64,000 nucleotides of DNA from Lobosporangium transversale (lineage: Eukaryota). The notes below the pieces were generated by a model. The model was not told the DNA's origin and made no database searches. It saw only the letters and a list, made by a program, of their open reading frames with translations. Position 1 is the stretch's first letter, and each line of letters opens with the position of its first letter. The translations under genes and the position numbers were made by a program. The stretch spans positions 372,001 to 436,000 of the forward strand of contig NW_019029000.1 of the NCBI RefSeq assembly GCF_002105155.1, given 5' to 3'. Below, piece after piece: positions 47,594-59,805 of this stretch.

Positions 47594-48516
47594 TTACTGC
47601 TGCTAATGCTACTGCTACTGCTACTGCTACTGCTACTGCTACTGCTACTGCTACTGCTACTGCTACTGCTGCTACTCGGTGATGACAAATAAGACAAAGG
47701 GGGATCGTTCTTCCTCATATAGAAGGGTTTCAGTCCTGCAGGATAGTCCGTCACAAAGACAGGTCCTTGACAATATGTACCCGCTAACCATTTCTCATGT
47801 TCACTCTGTAACCCCTGTCCCCATTTGGGCTCAAACTCAAATTTGACATCACCAGCTATCACTGCTTCCTGCAAGATCCTGATGGCCTCTGTATAGGTCA
47901 TTCGCTTGAAGGGCTCATTGACCAGATGATGAAGACGACCCTTCAACGACTTGTCCACCCAGGTGTTTAAAAACTCAATGTCCTCTGCACAACTCTCCAA
48001 GAGGAACCGGGTCGTTTCCTTCAGACAGGCCTCGGAGAAATCCAAGAGATGGTCCAGTTTGTTCAAGAACGCGATCTCGGCCTCCAGCATCCAAAACTCG
48101 GAGAGATGACGAGGGGTCATCGAGGGCTCTGCCCGGAAGACTGGACCCATTGTGAAGACCCGTGAGAGGGCGCTGGCAATGATCTCAAGATGAAGTTGTC
48201 CAGACACTGTTAGGTACACGGGAGAGCCAAAGAATTCGGAGGGTGCAGGTGCAGATACAGATGTAGTCATTGTAGAAGGATTGAGTTGGGTATCAGTATT
48301 GGCATCAGACTTTTGAAGTGCGCCTTGTTTTTGTCGTTGTTGTTGTTCTTCATATTGCTGTTGAGCTCGGGCTGATATCCGAGGTGCAATCTTGAAAACT
48401 TCACCGCCTCCTTCACAATCATGCGTTGTCAATAAAGGTGTATGGACTTGAGTGAACTCTTGAGACTGAGAAAGCGATGTATTGTTTATAAGAAAAAAAA
48501 AATTAGCAAAAGGTTC

Positions 48517-48556
<40 letters not shown>

Positions 48557-49627
48557 GTGTGAAAAATAAAAATAATAAAAAGCAATATTTACCTCAAAGA
48601 ACTTTTGAAATCCCCAGACGGAGGCACTACGAAGACGGAGAATGGCACTGGCAGTCTTGGCTCTGGATCGAAGATGCGAAATCTCTCTCAGGAATTCGAA
48701 GGAATGTCGTTTTTTTTGAAGAGGATATGTCTAAGCTCCAAAAGAAAAAAGAAAAAGAAAGTATCGATCAATGGAATGTTCAGTAAGAGTTTTTTTTTTT
48801 TTTTTTTTTTTTCTTTTTTTTTTCTGCATAGTATATATATTTATATAAACATTTGCTCCGCTCTTTTTTTTTTTTTTTCTCATTGGGTACCTCGCCATCA
48901 CAACTTCCAATCACTTTTAGACTGGTTACTTGTAGATCATATGCTTGCTCCTTTCCTTCACTCTTGACAAGTTTTCCTTCCAGTTCTAAACTTGTTCCTG
49001 TCACCAATCTGTTAGGCACAAAGAAGAAGAGATGTTTGATATTTCCTTAATTTCTGACTATATAGATTTTTCTTTTCTCTCTTTTTTTTTTTTTTTTTTC
49101 TTTTTTCTTTTTTTTTTTTTTTACCCTTTGCCTTCCCCTCCGCTGAGGATAGCTTGGACACCTTTGAGACTTGATCCGTCATTGAGTTCCACAAAGGTGA
49201 TGTTCTTTTGATGACGAGCTGATCGTACCCAACCCTGGACTTTGACCGTACTGTCAGGGACTGCAGTAGCTAAAATAGATCGGATTGTTTTATTGGGTAA
49301 TGCAGGAGGGATAGATCGAAGGTTTGTTGCAAGCGTAGGTGTGGAAGAAGAAGAAGAAGAAGAAGAAGAAGAAGAAGCGGTGGCGGTTGAATTGCCAGTA
49401 CTGATATTCCTGATAGCCCTACTATTGCCACTGTTACTGCTATTTCTGACGCTATTAGCTAAAGTTGCATCAAAGTTCTTCTTTTTCAGAGTCGCGATCG
49501 AAGAGAAACGGAGAGTTGAAGGAAAAGACGAAGGGGAGACACGCGGTGGTTGCTTTGAGAGTGAAAGTGAGAGCGAGTGGCTCAATGTCCCTCTAGTTTG
49601 AATAGCTGGCCGTATTACAGAGTACAT
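47194..49627 (-). CDS. NARS2: Mitochondrial asparaginyl-tRNA synthetase (Slm5/NARS2)
   Basis: Ser/Arg-rich presequence, OB fold (VQGWVRSAR..FVELNDGS), YPLQKKRHS, LTVSGQLHLE, FRAE..RHLSEFWMLEAE and motif 3 PHGGWGIGFER. Four exons. Confidence 0.95.
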
Positions 49628-49852
49628 TTCCCTTGAGACTGGTGGAAGGGGAAGGGGAAGGGGAAGAGGGAGGAGCGGAAAGGAGGAACGAGAAGTTGTT
49701 CGTTCCCTTTTCTCGGACAACTCTATTTGGTGGCTGAATATGACTGCTTGTTTACTTCTTTTTTTCTTTTTTCTTTAAACCGCAGCATGGAAATGTAATA
49801 TTATTATATAATACAAATAAACATGTCTTTATATCTTATTTTTACGCCTCCC

Positions 49853-50007
49853 TCATTCATTCATTCATTCATTCATTCATTCATTCATTCATTCATTCAT
49901 TCATTCATTCATTCATTCATTCATTCATTCATTCATTCATTCATTCATTCATTCATTCATTCATTCATTCATTCATTCATTCATTCATTCATTCATTCAT
50001 TCATTCA
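49853..50007. repeat. (ATTC)~38 microsatellite in the divergent NARS2/JJJ1 promoter
   Basis: Directly visible. Confidence 0.97.
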
Positions 50008-50128
50008 CCCACACATTCATTCACTCATTCATTCATTTGTTATCCTCGCACATACCTGTCCTTAGTATCCATAATATTACTACATTACAACCAACGAATA
50101 AGACACTTGTATAATTATCCATTTCAAC

Positions 50129-50782
50129 ATGAGGACATGTCATTACGTTATCCTTGGCATTGAGAGGAATGCCTCGGACTCTGACATTAAAAAAGCATAC
50201 CGTCGCAAAGCACTTGAATGGCACCCAGGTTAGAGAGGAAATACGCCAAGACAGGTGTTATGGATAGGACAATTGACATTGTTTTTTTTTTTTTTTTTTT
50301 TTTTTTTTGTATATATTCTACTTATTAACATTTAATACCTTTTTATATTTTTCATTTTTTCATTTTTTTTTACTTTTATTGTTTTGATTAACTCCACCAG
50401 ATAAAAACCATCATCGGGTGGAAGAAGCAACAAAGCAATTCGCCTTCATCGCAGAGGCATATGAAGTATTATCGGATCCACAAGAGCGTGCATGGTATGA
50501 CTCTCATCGCGACGCTATTCTCCGTGGAGGTAAATGATCTGTTTTGTCTCTCTCTCTCTTTTTTTTTTTTAAAAAAATAAAAAAAAAAAAAAAAAACATA
50601 CTGGAACAAAACGCTTATTTTTATTTTATTTTATTTTTTTTTATTCTAGATGACAAATCTGATCAGACTGAAAGTGCTGCGGGAACTACTGCTGCGGATC
50701 TGATGAAATACTTTAGTACTTCTGCTTTTAAGGGATTCCAAGATAACAATGCTGTAAGTTTCTTTTCTTTTCTTTCTTTCTA

Positions 50783-50813
<31 letters not shown>

Positions 50814-50857
50814 TGTCATTTCGTACTTTAAAACTTTACTCACTTTCACTCACATTG

Positions 50858-50892
<35 letters not shown>

Positions 50893-51833
50893 ATGTTTAT
50901 CAATAGGGCTTCTTCGCAGTCTATCGCAACATCTTTAATAAACTAGCAGAGGAAGAGGCTGAAGCAGCGGCCCTCAACAACAATTCAAATTCAAAAGAGA
51001 CTCCTCACTATCCATCCTTTGGATCTTCGACCACGGCCTATGATGACAACTCTGATTCGGATGTGAAGCAGTTCTATAACGCCTGGTTGACCTTCTCGAC
51101 CCAGAAGAGCTTCTCATGGTGTGACAAATATCGACTCTCTGAAGCTCCTGATCGTCGAGTTCGTCGAGCTATGGAAAAAGAGAATAAGAAATTCAGAGAT
51201 GCAGCTCGTAAAGAATTTAACGACACTGTCTTGGTAAAGAGAAAGAAAGAGAAGGAAAAAAAAAAAAAAAAAAAAAAAAAATAGAAAGTGCATGAAGTTT
51301 TTGATCTCTGTTCCAATTTTTTTTTTTTTATTTTTTTTTTTTATAAACATTATGAACTAACCTTTTTTTTTTTATTTTTTATTTTTTTTTTAAAATAAAA
51401 TAAAAAATAAAAAAAGGAATTGGCTTCCTATGTCCGAAAACGTGATCCCCGCTTCCTTAATTACCAGGAACAACAAAGACAAAAACAAAAACAGGTCCAA
51501 GCAGATTTAAAGGCACGTCTGGAGAAGGAAAAGGAAGTCCTCCGAGCAAAAGCAGAACAATTTCAGGAACAAGCATGGCAACGTATTGAGGAAGACGAGG
51601 ACGGGGACGATAATGAACAACACCAACGATCCGATTCAGATAGTGAAGATGAATTCGATCAAGAGTACGAATGTATCATCTGTGATAAATTCTTCAAATC
51701 AGAACGTCAATGGAAAAACCATGAGCAGAGTAAACGACATTTGAAGGCTGTAGAGGATATTCGACTTGAAATGTTGCATGAAGAAAATCAGCTGAAGGAA
51801 CAACAAGGAACTCTCCCAAACGACCGTCAAAGT

Positions 51834-51871
<38 letters not shown>

Positions 51872-52556
51872 GCATGTCGATACTGAAGAGGATGAGGATG
51901 AGCTAGGAGAGGAAGAAGAAATAGAAGTAGATAAAGAAGAAGAAGAAGAATTCGAGCCAGAGGGAGAGACAGCCAGATCAACCGCAAAAAATCCTGAGGA
52001 TTTTGAGGATATCCTTTCAGCAAGTGATTTGGATGAAGACAGCCCTATTGAGGCACCCTCACCGACCTATGATAGTCTTTTCAATTCAAAAAAGAAGAAC
52101 AAGAACAAGAAGAAGAAGAACGTCATGACTGCCAGTCTTGAGCTTGAAATAGATCAAGATGAGATTGATGAGTTGGATCAGGATGGTCTAGTCGACCTTT
52201 TGGGATCCGTTCGAATGTCTTCGACTTCCTCCCCTCTGTCTCGATCTCGAACATCTACACCCAAGGCGAAGGGCAATGCTAAAGGGAAATCTAAAGCTAA
52301 AGTTAAAGGACAGAAGGATCTTTGGCCAAGTGACGTTGATGATGCTCAGAACGACGAACATGACAATGTGCAACAGCAACGGGATGAGGATTCCGTTTCG
52401 ACTGCACCAGTCTCAAGAGCAGAATCACCTGTTGGAAAACCAAAGAAGCTGAGCGCTAAAGAAAAGAAGAAAGCTCGCTCTGAACGCGCTGCACAAAAGG
52501 TTAGAAAGGAACTTTATGTTTCAAATCATTATTATTATATATTATTACTTTTATCA

Positions 52557-52589
<33 letters not shown>

Positions 52590-52842
52590 TTGTTGTCGTT
52601 ATTATTGTTGTTGTTTATAGAATGGATCGGATTTGAAGTGCCGTGTTTGTTCCGAAGATTTCGAGTCAAGGACCCAATTGTTCGCGCACATCAACCAAAC
52701 AGGACATGCTACTGCAACCGCTACTGCGTTACCTGCCACAGGATCAACCTCAACAACAAGCGCTGCTCAGGATCCATTCTTCTCCTCAGAAGATGAAAAC
52801 CCTCGTGGTAAAGGAAAGAAGGGGCGTGCAAAACGGAAGTAG
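50129..52842 (+). CDS. JJJ1: J-domain co-chaperone Jjj1/DNAJC21 (zuotin-like domain, two C2H2 fingers)
   Basis: [26 protein letters not shown] (HPD split by an intron), [50 protein letters not shown] and CRVC..HINQTGH. Confidence 0.95.
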
Positions 52843-53076
52843 ACATTTTAGGAAAGCAAAAAGTAAAAAAAAAAAAAAAAAATTTAAACAAATATTGTTT
52901 AATGATATTTTATAAGCAACCAGATTGATGGCTTCGATTTTTTTTAATTTTTAATATTCAAGTTTGACTGGATAATACATGGTGATCACTACACCATGCA
53001 TATACACAATACACAACATCTTCCTCTACTTCCAGACTCTGGAAAAACTGCTTTCTCTTCTTTGGTGCGCATGTGC

Positions 53077-54640
53077 TTAATATGTGAATTGCAGGTGGTC
53101 ATCATCTTCAACAGTATACACAAATCCATTTTGAATCATACTCTCGACGACATTGCTATTAAAATATATAAATAAAAAGCAAGGTTAATTTCTAATACAA
53201 ACAAACAAACAAACAAACAAACAAACAACAAAAAAAAAAAAAAAAAAAAAAAGACATACTTGACTGCTTCAGCACTACCAACGACAGGTGCAAATTTGCT
53301 GATAATATCACGACGATGTACTGAGACATCTTTGTTTGGACGATTCTGAAACATTTCGGCAATCTTCTGAGGAAGGTCTCCAGTCTTCACTGATAATCCA
53401 TCCACACCAGCAGAGCTATGGTTATTGAAGTTATTCTGCGAAGTGGGCATCATCATTCCCATATTGTTCATATTCGTCCCACCAATCTATGCGTCGACGA
53501 ATGTATATAAACATATAGATATATAAACATAAAAGAGTCAGCAACTATCCTATATATATAGTTTCATAAAGTAAAAAGAAAAAGCCAAATCATAATAACA
53601 ATATTCACTACTTTTGGACAAAAAAACTGTACCTTGCTCCTTGTGAAGTTCACATGAGTATATATGACTTCCAATAGATGATATGTAATCTCATTTTTGT
53701 CCTTAATAGGACGAATAGAGTGAACGTTGACGCTGAGACGCTGCTGATATTCCTTGAGGTTCCCAACAATGCGAACATATGTACCTTCACTATCAAAATG
53801 AAGAAACAAATAAATAGCTTAGTATGAGTTTGTTTTTGTTTAGTCCGATACATTGATTTAATCTGCTCATTAACGTACACTATGTTGTCATATTCTGCAG
53901 GGTCTTCATCGTCTACAGTGAATCTTTTCCCGTCAATTTCTCCCGTTCCATCTTCAATATGGTATATATGCTGTGTTGCTTGACGAACAAACACTCTAAC
54001 TACTGCAATTAAAGTGATCTACAAAAAAAAAAAAAAAAAACAACAACTTTAATATTTAAGAAACATGCTCTTTAGTCAAGGAATATGAGGGAATAGAAAA
54101 AAAAAAAAAAAAAAAAAAAGAATAATCCTTATACCTGTCCCAGATCATGCCCATCAATCTTGTAATCTCCATCAGAGTTAGTACGCGGTATAGAAAGAAG
54201 CTGCTTGATGGTCACTGGACGTAAAGTGTGGTTGGTAATTTTCTAAAGGGAAAAAAAAAAAAAAAAAAAAAAAAAGTATTCATTTAATTCTTTTACCCTT
54301 ATTTCAACATATTTACTTCCTGACCAAGGTAAGGGCCTAAATACGTAATATATTATATACCTTAGTTGCTCCAGTATCGCTACTAAAACTATCTTGAATA
54401 AATCCTTGGCCTTGGTTGCCACCGGTATATGGTCTGTAGTCTACGAATAAAATAAAATAAAAAATAAAAAATAAAAAAAGAATAAATGTATAAGAAATGT
54501 CAGAAATTGCCTCTTCCAGAAATGAAATGAAATCCTGTACTCGATGGCCAGATCAATTATAAGAGTCCTCAAGTCATGTTACGACAATGAAAAAAAAAAA
54601 AAAAAAAAAAAATGCATGGAAAATAAGTCTTACTGGACAT
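53077..54640 (-). CDS. RPA2: Replication protein A 32 kDa subunit
   Basis: 7-nt first exon ATGTCCA, then NHTLRPVTIKQLL, YHIEDGTGEID, YVRIVGNLK..IRPIKDKNEITYHLLEVIYTH and a C-terminal winged helix ending GFVYTVEDDDH. Confidence 0.93.
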
Positions 54641-54745
54641 GGTTTAAGGATAATTAATGAAAGAGAGTCAAAATTTCCGGGGGGAAAATGTTACAAGTTT
54701 ATTTACATGCACTTTTTTTTGGTGGCCAATGTGGGAGAATGAAAA

Positions 54746-54773
54746 ACGCGTCAAGTTTGGTGGCAAGCGCGTT
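54746..54773. promoter_or_regulatory. MCB-like elements (ACGCGT, GCGCGT) upstream of RPA2
   Basis: ACGCGT at 54746-54751 and a second CGCG core at ~54768, about 110-130 bp before the ATG. RPA genes are classic G1/S MCB targets in yeasts. Confidence 0.5.
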
Positions 54774-54829
54774 ATCTTGTAAACAAAAGCCACCATTTTG
54801 ATTTATTAATTCACGTGCTTATTAAGAAT

Positions 54830-57800
54830 TCATTCCCCATTTTTGTCTGCCGTCTCGGTGTCGGACTCATCCAGTAGTATCCGTTTGATCATATCGTCTG
54901 CTGTTGTTCCACTCGTTGGCTTCTTTGTAGAGGCAAGGGCCCGAGATGTTTTCGGTTGACAAATTGCAGGTGCAGTTAATTGTGGGTGTAATTTCGCCTG
55001 TGGCGTCGCAAAAGGTGTAAGAGATGGAGTGGTTGTTGATCGTAGATATTGTGCTCGTGTAGACGACAAAGTTGATTCGTGGTTGATATCAAGATGAAAC
55101 CCCCGTACGACCAGCTCCTTGACTTTGCTTAGGAAAGCGCGCCCTGTAACTTCGTCCACAAAGATGTGATGGTTTAGGGACTGAAGCAGTTTATCCAGAC
55201 GCGTTGCCATCTCACCTTTGCGAAGAGGTTTTGACAAATCCACGCGGTGTTCATACGTCCTATAGTAACGTACCAACTCGGAGAGTTGTTGAAACACAGC
55301 GACAGAGAGCTCATTCATACGTGTGATCTCCCGGTCAAAGCCATACGGTACTCGGCAGTTTAGGTGATCATCGTACTGTTCAGAGACGGTCAAGAACTGA
55401 AACTTGGATAGGAAGGACAGATTCCTGGGATCAAATGGAGATATAATCACACCAACAAATGGCTCTACACCAGTTCCGTGCCTGCGGAACATAGTCTGGT
55501 GCTCGCGTTGGTTCTCGATATCGCGTATGCTCGGATTAGGCTCAAAAGTTGGGTGCGAGTGGTACCAGCCAACAACGACAAACCCTTTGGATGAGAAAAA
55601 ATATCGTGCCTCAACATCAGATTCTGGATCCATCTCACACTGCAGACCGGTGCTGATACTACGGCACGGAAAAACGCCAAGGATAAATAAAATCCTTTCG
55701 TCTTCATCATATAGCCCTCCAAGGAGTCCAATCACCTCAGTTTCGGTCATATGAGAGTGAAAATCCATAATTAGCTATGTGATAAAAGAAGTATAAGAGA
55801 CTCGAACCATTTAAAACTCCATTGATGGCTATAAAGATTGTCAGATGTATATTCTTAATATGGGTATGACATACCATTGCATCTGAAGACACCTTAATTC
55901 GAAAGGGTGCCGGGTTTTGCGCACTATATTTCCGTAAAGGCACAAGTCGAAACGGATCATACCCTTCTAGGGATTCTTCATGTGCACTGTATCCCTGTAA
56001 CTCGCCCATCTGACGTAGTAAGTGCTGAGCTCTTTTGTTCTTTGGAACGCGACTATTGATTGGCATCTCTGTTGCAAAGTATTTGGCATTGAGAGCAGTA
56101 AGACGTTCTTGCTCCAATTCATCCTCCATCTCCTCTTTGGTCATCCCATGTCGCTCAAAGAATGTCGCATCATCCAACTTGAAAAGATCGCTAGAACTAT
56201 TACGTTTAACAGTCGGCCGCCCTTGCTTGCTGCTGTTATTGCTTTCTATGTTATGTTCAACAACATGACCCTCCAATTCTTTTTCATCCACCCTACGAAG
56301 AGCCGAGGCGCCAATAAATAATAGCATCAGCAACAACATCAGCAACAACATCAGCAACAACAACAGCAACAACAGCAACAACAAACCAGCATTTTATGTG
56401 CAAGATTGTTGCCTGGTACTTCATGCCTTTAAAATATCACAATGGGCTAATTCTTACCATTCTCCTTTCTCGTTCCGTACCCGCCGTCGCCTTTGGGGCG
56501 AAGTAAGCCATGCAGTGTTTGGATCATGCACCCCAGGACCGACATCACGACGGACTTGACGAGGTGTTGTAGTAGAGGATGATGATGACCAGCCCCGTTC
56601 TTCAGAATGTACTCGTCGCTTCGAAGAGTTATTTCCACCATTTCTGGGCCGTGCTAATGATGCACCGGGCGATGAGGCTGTCATGCCTACGTTGATCACT
56701 CCAATGAATTCCAACCACGAGTGGACGCGACCAATCGCATTTACGTCTCCGCAATCTTTTAGACCGGACCGCACACTCGTCTTGGTAAGATAAGTCGATG
56801 GTGATTTTTCCCATGCCTGAATGATGGTATTACGGATCCTTTGATATCTCTCTGGCGTCTTACTTGCCTTGTTACAAAAAAACTCAGAGTGAACCAGCTT
56901 TTCTTCTTCTGTAATAACAGATTTATCCAGTACACGAGGCCTCACAGTGCGGGAAATAGTGGTCAACGCTGGCGATATAGCATTCGTATCGGACAAAGTC
57001 GATTCGTAGTGGGATGCGATTGGATTCCCAGATGAGCTGGAAGGCGGCTGTTGTACAGATAACTTCGATTGCTCTCCACGACTAGATGACGACGACGACG
57101 GTGGTTTGATGGCACTACTAAGTACTTGATTATAATTTTTTTTAAGAGCTCCTTCGTTTTTATCATTTTTACTGCCATGATCTGCAGCCTGATGAGAAAG
57201 TGGCTGAAATGATGTACCCTCGCCCTGAGGATTAAAATTGGATATCGAACTGGTCGCGACCATGAATGACGATGGTCGCTCAGTCTGCAGACTATTGGAT
57301 GGGTCGCCATTCTGAAATGAATAGCTTGTGAGTGGCGATGAGGTCATGACAACATCCAGATTTGCGATGCCCTTATTATCGGCTACACCATCCTCCGAAG
57401 AGTTGATATCATCCTCATCGTATGAATTAAGATCTGGCTTCAACTCTGCGACATGCACAGCACCAAAGGATACAGTCCTCCTTTCTTTTGGAGAGCTCAC
57501 CGCTTTATCCACATACATATGACTGAATGCGCCAAGCTTTTGTTGCAACTGACGTTGCTGTTGCTGCTGTGAAGCTTGAACGTTCTTAAGCGCTGCCTTG
57601 GAGCTACTCACAGCCCCCGTGCTGTTGATACTGCTTGTACTTGTATTGAAATTTGGAGTAGTATAAGGATCACTTGATGATCCAAATGTGTCAGAAAGGG
57701 TAGGGGATGATGCAGAGGATCGCTTTCGGCTCTGCCCTGACCCGATAGTATCATTGCCATCGTCATTATGTAGATCATGGTCAGAATCGCTGTCAAATTC

Positions 57801-59805
57801 ACTGGAGAGCCGCGAACGAGTCGATGAGTTGGAAAATGGTGAAATTGAGCGAGATTTTGATTTTTGCACATACACTGGGGGTTTCCTTGTCAGGCCCAAG
57901 CGAGAGGACATGTCTTCATCAGTGCTCTCAATATCAATGTCAATATCCTCGTTTTCGCCCACACTATAGCTTCCAGTCCTGTCGGTTGATATATCATAGG
58001 GTAATGGTAAAGACGAATAAAGCGGCCGTAGCCCAGGGCTTGGCGTTGTAAGGCCTGCTGAAGCTGAGCGCGAACGTCCACGTGCTGATAGCGAGGGAGA
58101 TTTAGAAACTGAGTGATCCTCATCGTTGTCAGTATCATAGCCGCTCTAAAATACCAGCATATAAAATTGATGGGCGTTATACATCAAAGACAGTATTGCA
58201 GATAAAGCAAGGGACGTACAGCATTCTTACCGTAGCACCAAATTCTGATCCAGTAAACTCTTCATTTCCAGATTCCGATGTGATGCTTCTAGCTCGGCGC
58301 CGTCCACCATAAGGCATATATCCATTAATATCCAATGCTCTACTGGCGTCTATACGTTTCACATGGGTACTTCTTGGTTGCCTTTTACGAGTTTGCGTTG
58401 ATCCTACATCTTCCTCAGCCGAATTGGCAGCTGAAGATCGTCTGTCCAAGCCTTCGCCATCGCTTGTATTTGTAGAGAAATCGTGGGGTATCTATAGAGA
58501 TGTAGTGATTCAGTAAATGTTGGATCCGTGGAATGAGCTTTTGTAGAAATAAACAAACAATTTATGTATTATAGATTACCTTATCTGACATGGCCAGATG
58601 GCGTGCATGGTTCTTCACTTGTAATGGATTTCTCGTACCGACAATAGCTGCAATTGCTTTCCAATTTCCATAACCATAAATCCTCTATAACAAGGGTTAG
58701 ACCCATGTAGGTTAACGCAACAGCCTAGGGGTCTGGGTTCACATTAGCTATCAATAAAATCTCTACAAATACCTTCGTTCACTTACAATTCCTTCCCGTA
58801 GACGTTCGTCTTCCTCAATTGTCCACCGTGTGTTATGAGATGGTAGGTCAGCTGATGATAACTTGGCGTTTAATCGAGAATCTAAATTGCAATGGGTGTT
58901 AAAAAATAAGCTACAAAGTCTGGTTGTACATCGTACACTATAAAGCACAATAGGAGTAGAAAGCAAAAAAGAGTTACCTTCACTAACTGTCCGCTTGGTT
59001 TGCCCTAATCTAACGTCTGAGGTCTTTCGCTTTTTAGAGTCATGACCTTTATGTTTCTCCATTGGTTTATGCCCACTAGCCCACCTTGACGTTGAGGTTG
59101 TTGTCGACATTGATTTGTTTCCACGTGCACCAGAAGGCTCCTGCCTGTAGATCGTAGAAGTGGAAGAACGGGCGGAGTAAAACGCTTCTTCTGCAAGCAT
59201 ATTCTCAATCATCGCCCGAGATCTTTCGTCCATATCCCCTGCTTCAAATCTCGTTTGTTCCTGTAAAGTCAATAATTTAAATGATGCAAATTTTCAGTAA
59301 AAAAAAAAGAAAAAAAAAAAAAAAAAAAGAAGAAAAAAAACGTGCCGGTTAAGCAAAGACTGAACGGGCACGCTCTGAGAGAGGCGTGGATCGATATAGA
59401 AGTAGCTTACATCTTGCGTAATCCAATCCGGAATTTGAAAATCATCCACTAATGAAGCTTGACTATTGAAAATACGAATCGGAAACTCGTGTTAATAATG
59501 CCATCAAATACTTTATCGTTAAATGTCCTCCCATGTTGGTTGCTTTTTAGTAGTTAGGGCGCTTACTTTGGATTATTATTGCCTGAAGTTGCTGGATTTG
59601 GCCCCAGAGAAACCTCATCACTCTGATTGTGTAATAGATCTGTAGCGCCACTTTCAACGCTATTTTTGGAGCCTACAGGCATTGCCCTTGATATCTGTTT
59701 TCCATCCTCTACTTTTACCTCCTTTCTCTCGACTGTAACCTGTTCGTCTGGGTCATCGCCATCAATATCAATGTCGATGTCGATTTCCTCTTCCTCATCC
59801 ACCAT
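54830..59805 (-). CDS. MYSM1: MYSM1-like Myb/SANT-SWIRM-MPN(JAMM) deubiquitinase
   Basis: SANT ([37 protein letters not shown]), SWIRM ([45 protein letters not shown]) and JAMM ([26 protein letters not shown]), in MYSM1 order. Confidence 0.92.
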
